From positions 53,371-73,370 of the forward strand of contig JALAGF010003307.1 of NCBI GenBank assembly GCA_030167865.1: a stretch of 20,000 nt of DNA, read 5' to 3'. The notes below the pieces were generated by a model. It was given only the letters and a program-made list of their open reading frames with translations, did no database searches and was not told the origin of the DNA. Numbering within the stretch: position 1 is the stretch's first letter; the number at the start of each line of letters is the position of its first letter. Origin of the DNA: Craspedostauros australis (taxonomy: Eukaryota). A program made the position numbers and the translations under genes. Below, in pieces: positions 6,869-15,264 of this stretch.

Positions 6869-9301
6869 TTATTCTTGATCCTCGCCCCTACCCTTGCTTG
6901 AGGCAGGTGGCGTGGCCGCGGACGCTTCCAGTTGGGCGCGCAGTGCCGCTATGATTGCTTCTTGGTTGGTGATCGTGCTCGATTGTTCTTGCATTCGGAC
7001 TCGAGTCGCCGCCAACTCTTGTGCTTCTCTTGCCATCTTCATTGCTTCTTCGATTTCCGCTTCGATTTCATCTGCCTCTGTTTGAGATTCCGGTATGGTG
7101 TATCGTGACGAAGCTGCCGACTTGCCGTATTCCGTCCCAAAAGTTTTGAAACTCTCGTCCTCCAGCCTGGCCTTCTTTCGCTTCGGGGATGCGCTCTCGC
7201 TCTCCATGAAGTCGATGCCTTCGATGACGACATTTCCAAACCCTTCGTCCAAAAGGAAGTCCATTTCTTCTTCAGTCTCGACGTCCACATATTCCCCACT
7301 GTCATCCTTTATCATGGAGCAACTCATTGCCACGATATCTTCGGAGAACCACTTGTTCGTGGATGCGTTGATTTCCGTAGAACACCTGATTGCGATTGTG
7401 TGGATGAGCCCTACCGCTTGCGCGTAGCGTTCCTCGAAAGCCACGATATGGATCGCGTCTTCTTTACCATCTGCCATGTGCGTTGTGCTGACGTCATGGA
7501 TGAGAGGATTGCCTTCGCTGGTTTGCTGCGCCAGGAACTCCCGAAGAGTGATGGTGCCCGACTCTGGATCCTTGGTGTCCAACGCGAAGTCACCTTTGAG
7601 CTGTTCGTACTTCAGTCTGCGCACGTAGCTCTGATGTTTCCGGATCATGGCTTGAACTTTCATCGCCGTCTTCGCTCCCATAACCGACGTGCCTGGTTTG
7701 GGCACGTATCTGTAGTTGAGGCCTTTGCGGTCGCCATCCTTGGTGTTGAAGATTTTGCCCAGGAGCTTTGATGCCCTGCGCGCGTCTTTCACATCCGCAT
7801 GTAGATGAAGTGCCATCCATGGAGCATTGTGCCAGCTTCCGCCGTTTTGCAAGTGACTTGCCTTCACTTCCTCGGACACCTTTCCCACGAACTTCACCCT
7901 GCCGCCGACTTTGAGCTTGGCTCTCTTCTCTGCCAATAGCTGATTTATGACTGTTAGAGTTTGTTTCGCTTTTGTGAAGTTACCGGAGTAGGCCATGAAG
8001 CCTATCTCGGTCGTGTGCTCCGCATCACGCAGATCTTGGATGTAGGCGTACTCGCCCTCGTGGTACGCACCCTCAAGCTCTGTGTTCCAGCTTGTGAATG
8101 CTTGCATGTCAATGTTCGAAGACATCAGGACCTGCAAGTATACGTCCTCGCTTTTCGATGTTGGGTTGGCTCTGCCGATGTAATACCGGAGATCCTTCCA
8201 CATAGCGGGAATGTCTGAGTCGGTGATGATGCAGCCCTTGGCCTTGTTCTTCTTGTACCATGGGCTGATTGTCAAGCTTTGATCCATGCCTTTGGCTTCG
8301 TCGTACCATTGCCGAAAGCGTTCCTGGAAATCCCTCACTGGCGTTTTTGTGCCTTTGGGGATTTTGAGGCGCATTTCGAATCTCTCGTAGTATCGGCACT
8401 TTGGGTTCGACATCTGAGGTTTCTTTTTCTGATGCTTGGTCCATCCGTCATCTTTGGTCTCATTGTTGTTGGAGTTTCCGTCGCTGTCTGTTGGCTCCCT
8501 TGCTACGCTTGGGTTTCCATCCTTGTCTCGTGGCGCTGGCGAGTCGATCTTCGTGCTTGTGGTGTACGCCGTCAGATTCGCTTGCTTGAGCGGTTTCTTC
8601 GACACCAAAGCTACGAGATCATAGCTGTCGTCGTCGCTGTCGACCGTCATCGCGTCTGCTCCCGAGTCCACTTCCGGTGGAGGTTTCTCTGCCATGTATT
8701 GGCACCCCATGTAGTTGGTTGCTGCCGCCCACAGAATTGTCATCTGGTTTGCTATCATGACAGCCCCTCCTGGCTTTATGGTGTCTGTGAAGCATTGGAC
8801 TGGGTCTGTGAGCGAAAGATCAGCGATCAATTGCTTGATGGCTACTCTGGACGGATCGTCTGGTGGAACTTTGGATTTCCCCAGTTTCGTGGTACGCCCG
8901 TCCATGACGGTTTGGAAGAAGACTGTCATTTCCTTGATCTTCGGCATGCTTGCTGACACCATCGATGTATCGGTCTTCTCCCACATGGCTTTCTTGGTGA
9001 GTGCCTTCTTGACTTGGTTGTGCATTGATCGTTCGCCTTCCCCGTACTTCTCGCCTGGTTCGAATCCCTTTGCCTGGTGTGCGATCGTGTCGCTGAGTTT
9101 TTTCCACCGCGCTGTGTTCGGATCTTTCCACTCTGTGGCTACTTCTCCTCGTTTCTCCATCAATTCTTCCTCGCTGAGGCTCGGATTTGGCTTGGGAGGT
9201 GGCTTGGGAGTTGTGGTTTGCACCGCTGGTCCTTGCACCTCGGCCATCTCGACGTCATCAGCTTTGTCCTCCATGATCCTGACATGTTTGGTTGCCTTCA
9301 T
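6869..9301 (-). CDS. Retrotransposon ORF1 protein (810 aa; putative RNA-binding/RNP protein)
   Basis: Long ATG-started ORF inside the TSD-bounded element, directly upstream of ORF2. NLS-like PKRKKAR and a C-terminal coiled-coil-like segment (EIEAEIEEAMKMAREAQELA...IAALRAQLEA). No CCHC knuckles seen. Confidence 0.88.
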   Translation of the reverse strand: MKATKHVRIMEDKADDVEMAEVQGPAVQTTTPKPPPKPNPSLSEEELMEKRGEVATEWKDPNTARWKKLSDTIAHQAKGFEPGEKYGEGERSMHNQVKKALTKKAMWEKTDTSMVSASMPKIKEMTVFFQTVMDGRTTKLGKSKVPPDDPSRVAIKQLIADLSLTDPVQCFTDTIKPGGAVMIANQMTILWAAATNYMGCQYMAEKPPPEVDSGADAMTVDSDDDSYDLVALVSKKPLKQANLTAYTTSTKIDSPAPRDKDGNPSVAREPTDSDGNSNNNETKDDGWTKHQKKKPQMSNPKCRYYERFEMRLKIPKGTKTPVRDFQERFRQWYDEAKGMDQSLTISPWYKKNKAKGCIITDSDIPAMWKDLRYYIGRANPTSKSEDVYLQVLMSSNIDMQAFTSWNTELEGAYHEGEYAYIQDLRDAEHTTEIGFMAYSGNFTKAKQTLTVINQLLAEKRAKLKVGGRVKFVGKVSEEVKASHLQNGGSWHNAPWMALHLHADVKDARRASKLLGKIFNTKDGDRKGLNYRYVPKPGTSVMGAKTAMKVQAMIRKHQSYVRRLKYEQLKGDFALDTKDPESGTITLREFLAQQTSEGNPLIHDVSTTHMADGKEDAIHIVAFEERYAQAVGLIHTIAIRCSTEINASTNKWFSEDIVAMSCSMIKDDSGEYVDVETEEEMDFLLDEGFGNVVIEGIDFMESESASPKRKKARLEDESFKTFGTEYGKSAASSRYTIPESQTEADEIEAEIEEAMKMAREAQELAATRVRMQEQSSTITNQEAIIAALRAQLEASAATPPASSKGRGEDQE

Positions 9302-9430
9302 CGTCGTTTTGGATTTCGTTCGTGTTACGTAGAATTCGCTGTAGATTTTGTACTGGTGTTTGTTGATGTGTTGTGTTTTGTTGTTTTACTAGTGTTATCG
9401 TTGTTTGAGTTTTTTCGGGTTCTGGTATTG
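9302..9430 (-). promoter_or_regulatory. Retroelement 5' UTR (A/C-rich; presumed internal promoter)
   Basis: Lies between the right TSD and the ORF1 ATG; sense strand is strongly A/C-rich and contains no ATG. Promoter function is inferred from other LINEs. Confidence 0.55.
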
Positions 9431-9447
9431 TACTCCAGTGGGCATCA
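9431..9447 (+). repeat. Target-site duplication, right copy
   Basis: Identical to 1073-1089. Confidence 0.93.
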
Positions 9448-9472
9448 CACCATACCATACCACTCGCAGAGC

Positions 9473-10445
9473 ATGCTGCTGCTGACAGGAACAAGACTCT
9501 TGGCATTCCAACAAATCACACACGGGCGCTCGGCTCCCATCCAACGACGTGTTTCCACCCAACTGAAAATGGCTTCGTCTTTGCCTTCGGTGTTCAGCCC
9601 TGACACTGGCGACCCTCTCTCTGGCGAAGAGCTGACGAACAAGCTCAAGAACAAGAGGGTGGCGCTGTACTTTTCGGCTGGCTGGTGAGTTCGTGAGGCA
9701 TGCTTGGTCTGGACATCCAGTACACATCAGTGCTCCACACCCACTCCGCTTTATTCAGCTTCTTCTGCTGCACTCGTACGAATGCGAATACAGCGTTGTC
9801 GAAAAGAGGACTCAATGGGGTTTGCAAGTCGGAATACTGCAGTGACTGCTTGTACTACCATTCCATGGTCTATTATGCCTGTATTGCTCTTCCATTGCAT
9901 TATATTACTATATTATATACAGTAGCAAGTATTACTCCATATCTGTGCGCTCATCAATGTCATCCCATTTGACTCGACGCAACCTCCCCGTCCCTCTGTA
10001 TCAACCGTCAACCGTCAACCACCTCGCATCGGGCTCTCCGGTTGCGACGATCATGGCCCTGCCCCGATTCATCAACCACAGGTGTCCGATGTGCACATCG
10101 ATCGAACCAGACATCAAAGCGTTCAGGGAATCGTCAGCGGCGGACGGAAAGCCGATCGAATTCATCTACGTCAGCTCGGACCAATCCGAGGAAGCTGCGT
10201 TGGAGCGTTCCAAGGCCCTTCAGATGATCGCGGTTCCCTTCTCAGAGGTGGACGCAATCAAGAAGCAATACAACGTCTGGTCCGGTCGCGAAGCTGCCAA
10301 GCTGGGTACAGACCGTCGCGCTGGCGTGCCCTCCATCGTCCCGCTGGACAAGACAGGCACCGAGCTTGCGTTCGTCGCCACGGAGTCCCAAGGCAAGAAG
10401 GCGCTCGATACGTGGCCTCTCGATGACAGCAACGGCATTTGGTGA
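9473..10445 (+). CDS. Nucleoredoxin/tryparedoxin-like thioredoxin-fold protein; exons 9473 (or 9569)-9684 and 10082-10445
   Basis: Exon 1 ends KNKRVALYFSAG-TG|GTGAGT. Acceptor CACAG at 10077-10081 supplies G-TGT-CCG-ATG-TGC, giving LYFSAGWCPMC. Downstream family motifs EFIYVSSD, AVPF and GVPSIV (cis-Pro). Confidence 0.88.
9685..10081 (+). other. Spliceosomal intron (397 nt, phase 2) within the active-site Trp codon
   Basis: GTGAGT donor and CAG acceptor; splicing restores the WCxxC motif in frame. Confidence 0.85.
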
Positions 10446-10637
10446 TCTGCGTTGATGCTCCGTACAGGCCTACGATTTAAACCCATGACTGAGATGCATC
10501 CCAGCACGACCAGTCTTTCAATCTGCGGCGGATAGTGTCTGTGGTATAATTCAGTGTGATTTGCTGCGACATCATTCGGTGACAGTGATAATAGTCCGTC
10601 GGGTCTTGAACACTGTCAAGTATCCCAATCTTTACCA

Positions 10638-13418
10638 TCATGTGATGCACCTTCCATTGTCTTCGTCAATGTGGCTGTTCTGAACCAAGTTGTTGTTCTT
10701 TCTGTTGTTGATGGTGGTGGTGGACGTGGTGGTGTTTCCGTTTCTGCTGCGATGGACGCTGGTGTCGTGAGCTGCCCTGCTTGGTGGTGGTGTTGTCGTC
10801 GGTGACATCGAAGTGGAAGCAACCATCGGCGCACCCGCTGTTCGCACGTGTCGTGGTGGCGTCGATACTGGCACGGTCGCAACAGCCTGCAACGGTGGCG
10901 GTTGATGTGCTGCATGTCGAGTTGGAGATCGTGCATGCGCACGGGTGGCTGCTTGTGGTGGGGACTCTGCGGACGTCTTTCGCAGATCCACTTCGGCGAG
11001 CACATCGGTGTTTGCAAGCCAGCGTTCCATCGTCTCAGCGTCTCCCATGGCGGCCAACAGTGGGCTGAACAGTCCGTGGAACTCGAACGGGGATAGGCGG
11101 AACAAAGCCTCGGCGCCCTCCGTAATCAGGCCGTGCTCGCCCACAAAGTACAGCGCCTCAAATGCCACCGCCCGGAATGCCTTGCGTGCCCTTCGGGGGA
11201 TGAGCCATTTGTCGGCGGCGTCCTTCAGTACGTCGATCGTCACCGACAGCACCGTATCGCGGATCTCTATCGACGATTGGTACCCGGCGATATCCGTCGC
11301 GATGATTTCTGCGAAGCGCTCCTGTACCAAGACTCGGAGACCGAACGACGGTTTTCGCAGCGCCCCATGGGGCTGCGTGAACGGGTGCGGTTTTGATATC
11401 ATAGCAGCAGCAGTAGCAGGCGTCGGTCGGGCACGCACGTACCCAGTATCCAATCCATCTTTGGTGCTGCCACTGCTCTGCTGCTTGTCATCGCTCTCCA
11501 CGTTCAGATGAACAGCATCGATGATGTCCTTCATGGATTGCATGGTCCGGTGCTGCGCCTTCCCATCTGCCGTCGATGCTCCCATGCTGTTGTCCAGAAT
11601 CCTTTGCCGCCGCTGTACGGAGCTGCTGCCTGCTTCCAGGTTTGATCCAAATAGACCAAACATGGTCGATGTGTTCATGAGATCTTCCGAATCCGTAGGC
11701 AGCGCATCAAAATTGTCGCTGCGTCGCTGAGAAGCCAGGCGTGCATGGTGCAATGGTATCGTCGCGACTTCGTTTGTGCTGTTTGTTTGGGTCGCGTCAT
11801 CGTCATCCGACAGGCACGCTGCCTTGGCGACGGCTTTCTCTTGTCCACGGTATGCTCGTTTCAAGATCTCCGCTCTTTCACGTTCCATCTCATCCTTGAG
11901 CCGCTGCAGCCGCCGTCTCGTGTGCGTTTCGATTCTGTGGATGTTCTTGTCGCTGAGGCGAATGTAAAAGGACGCCACGTTGCCGAGGAATATGCTCATG
12001 AAGCCGATGCTGAAGGGTAGCCAGAATATGCAGAAGATGATGCTGGCCGTTCGTCTCGGGACGTAGTCGCCAAAACCCACCGTGGTGAGGGACACCACAG
12101 AGAAGTAGAGGGCCTCGACGAGGGTCCATCCCTCGATGGGTCCTACGACCATGGCCCCCATTCCAATGAGCCCTGCCAAAGGAAAGACGACGGACACCCC
12201 GCGTCCGAACTCGTTGTTCCGCAAAAAGTCTCTTGTGCGATCATAGTGGCGGAAGAAGAGGTCGACGAAGAAGGGGATGTTGTGCTGGTGATGTGACAGG
12301 ATTTCGGCCGTGCCGCCGGTGCCGACCTGGATGCCGTCCGCATCATCCTGATTTGAAATCACTTCTTCTGCTGCGAGAATGTCAAGTCCACGCCTCGCCA
12401 TTTCCGTTTTGTCTCGAGCATGCTGTGCTCTTGAGGCCTCCAGGGCTATGCACTGGTATACTTGCGCAACCTTTCACAAGCAGAGTACGCGAATACGATC
12501 GTCAATCGAAGAAGTGGTTTCAGTAAGTGTGAAAAACAAAATGAGAGACGTTGCCATGAGAAGCGAAATCGAAAAGACCAAGTCAGACTGTGCTCCCACG
12601 CAGTTGTATCACTGTCGCCATTCTATCGTCAGCGTGCATGAACGCGCGCGCATGCGGGTGTGCGCGACTGGGTGTTTGTGGCTGATAGTTGGTCTCTGGT
12701 TCCGAACGTGCCGCCGATGTAAATGTATTCATAGCATCGACCATCACGACGATCCACGCCATGGAATAGCCACAAGGGCACAGAGCTTGGTGATTGAATG
12801 GCTTCGGGAGCCATGGATTCTGTAAATTCATATGATATTTGAGACAATGCCGTTTGGAACATCTAACGTGCCCACGTCCGCATCGACAGACGCACTCATT
12901 CGCTCACTGAGTCATTCATTCGATCATTCTTCCGTCCACTTACTCACCATGATCGTGAGCCCGGCAATGCCAAGCAGGATGTAGAAGATGGTGTACATTT
13001 GAAAGCCAGGGCTGTTGGGCATCTCTTGGTTGCCGTAGCCAACTGTAGTGACGGTGTAGATGGAGAACAGCAAGGATTCCGGGATGGTCCAATCCGTCTG
13101 GCGCACAAAGAATATCGTTCCAAGGATGAGGTAGGCCGTCATGAAGAACACTGAGAAGAATGCCGACTGCCGGACGCTCTGCGACCTTGCGTTGTATCCA
13201 ATCTCTCGTTCCTCCAACGCTCTCTCGTACTCTTCATCGAGACGTCGGCGAACTTCGATGTCTTCCATCACCATCGCGGATGAATACCCCGTATCCGCTG
13301 CAGCTGTTGTGTCTTCTGCCATCGCTGTTGCTGTCGCTGTCACTGCCGTGGTCGGGGATGATGATTCTGCAGCATCTCTCCTTGCCACCGATGCTGATGC
13401 AATCGTGGACGCCATCAT
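10638..13418 (-). CDS. Two-pore-domain (4TM/2P, K2P/TPK-like) potassium channel, about 767 aa; exons 13418-12948 and 12470-10638
   Basis: Pore 1 FSIYTVTTVGYGN and pore 2 YFSVVSLTTVGFGD, each flanked by hydrophobic helices. A phase-0 splice joins ...IAGLTIM to VAQVYQCIALEASRAQ..., in frame with the 587-aa ORF. The start codon (13418, MMAST) is the less certain part. Confidence 0.88.
12471..12947 (-). other. Spliceosomal intron (477 nt, phase 0) of the K+ channel gene
   Basis: Minus-strand donor GTGAGT at 12947 and acceptor AAAG ending at 12471; the join completes TM2. Confidence 0.75.
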
Positions 13419-13627
13419 TGGGGCAAACAGAAACCAGGCAACTTTCAAGTTCCCCTTGTTTACTCGTAGTCGTACGAGTATGGTACTGTTTCTCCGAACC
13501 AATGATAGTGCTCTGCGACAACCTGTATTGGGATGTGTGCACTTGACGCAAAGTGAGGACAGTGGGAACGTCTGAGATCGATGCGATTCCTCGGTCTTCT
13601 CCCCAGTTGGACTGGTATTCCTCTGTG

Positions 13628-13692
13628 CGTCTCTTTCTCTCTCTCTCTCTCTCTTGCTCTTGCTCTTGCTCTTGATCTCGCTCTTGATCTTT
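13628..13692. repeat. Pyrimidine-rich simple repeats: (CT)n then (CTCTTG)n
   Basis: Read directly; upstream of the K+ channel gene. Confidence 0.85.
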
Positions 13693-15264
13693 TGTCTTTA
13701 AAGCTTGTCAGCTCAACTGTACGATCTCCCTCATCCCGCTCTTGCCAACACCACGCTCCCACTGGTCGGCAAATGGTCTGCGGTGGTCTTTCGCTAACCC
13801 GAGTTCTTGTGGATCGTGTTGTTTCTTGCGCTTCAGTTTCAGTTTTGGTTTACTCCTATTTGTGGCAAAGGGGATGCGGAAGCAGTCCCAACGTGTGGCA
13901 TGGCAAGCGTGGTATCTCTCGCTCGTCCGTTTCTTGTTCAAGAGTCGGACAACGACACATTTGCGCGCTGGTTTCGTTCTTCCCTTGTTTCTGTCACCGT
14001 GACCGTTTCACGCTTCATTTTCCTTCTTTTCAATCCTGTTTCTCGTATTGTCTCCTATTTTCGTCAAATGGTTTCATGATTCAAAGCGGCCAGATTCATT
14101 GTACAGTGTACAGACGTAAGTTAGTGCCTATAGTAATTCGACACTTGAAAACGATCCAGCGCAGTCTCAATAGAGAGATTCCTTTGTCTGAACTTCGCAC
14201 TCAATTTGTACAATTGACATGGGTGCTGAACCACGACGCTTCGACTCGCAGATTGTACCATGCGCGTGTTTGTTTGTATGGTACAAAGTTGTCAAAAGTT
14301 GTGCAAAGCTGTGGGAGTACCCTGAACTTGAAATCAGCACACAGAGTCCTCCATGTACGTGACTTGTGTCAGTTGTTTCATCATTCTTGATTGTGTACAT
14401 CGGGTTGCTTGGTGTTGATTCTGTGGGACCCTTTGCTCCAGATTATTCGTTGAGCACTTGTTTCCACATCTCCGCATATGCGGTGAGCGTTCGCATAGGA
14501 GGAAGAAGGGGAACGATTTCGCGCCACCCAACAACAACTTCGGACTGAGGGAGTCCTTTGTGCACCTCCTATCTCCACATACGAGGGAAATGCTCGAAGT
14601 GGTCACGATGCACACAGGGACTCTCTCCCTTTCCAGAGTGTGTCGTGATGATCAAGTTTCTGGTCGTGGATACTGACACGTCGATTTCGTGGAACACCTC
14701 ACCTTTTGGTTGACGTTGTCAGCACTTTCGACCTGTGCGCAACCACCGCATTCTGTTCTGTCACATCATCTCCTCATGCACCATCCTACCAAAGACAGGT
14801 CAGCCACGATGTGCGCGACAGAGCACAAAGGACTACGGCACTCCATACATACATAGTGCATAGTTCGTGGTAGTACCACATGGTCGTTGCCGAGCCTCGA
14901 GACAAGTGGTACAACAAGCCCTCAACTGAGATCTTGGTTGGAACCGATCTGCGGACGGATCTTGCAAAAGAACAAAACGACAGAAGTCCAAGAGAGAGCA
15001 GGAAAGACGGTGCGAAGGAAAGAGACTTGACGGCTCAAGCAGCCGCTGCAATCTGCGTCCTGTCCACGAGTCCTCTACTCTAGGTACTCTGCTCCACCTA
15101 CAATTGCAGCATATTACCAGCAGCGAAGCGTCGAGATATCTTCTGTTCTTCTCTCTGGAGAGAGTCGTACCCAAAGAGAGGTCGTCACATACGTACCCAC
15201 AAGGCAGAGCCAAAGGCACATGCACATGTACATGCACATACATAGGGGACGATCAGGCACCACC

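Larger units (their letters stand above)
1090..9430 (-). mobile_element. Full-length non-LTR retrotransposon (LINE), APE-RT-RNase H type, probably Ambal-like
   Basis: 17-bp TSD, 129-nt 5' UTR, uninterrupted ORF1 and ORF2, 168-nt 3' UTR, no LTRs. Clade call rests on domain order and host type, not on a phylogeny. Confidence 0.93.

Noticed and set aside
9302-9430. HDV-like or other self-cleaving ribozyme at the element's 5' end
   Set aside because: The sense strand is A/C-rich and G-poor, with no visible pairing potential.
9683-9688. TGG-TGA read as Trp-selenocysteine (UxxC redoxin)
   Set aside because: The TGA is part of the GTGAGT splice donor; splicing gives a normal WCPMC, and the unspliced continuation does not resemble thioredoxin.
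13500-15260. ORFs (13581-14390, 14880-15083) or a MITE in the divergent intergenic region
   Set aside because: The translations are low-complexity or Cys/Ser/Arg-rich without motifs. I found only short TGTACA and AAAGTTGT recurrences and no terminal inverted repeats with a TSD.
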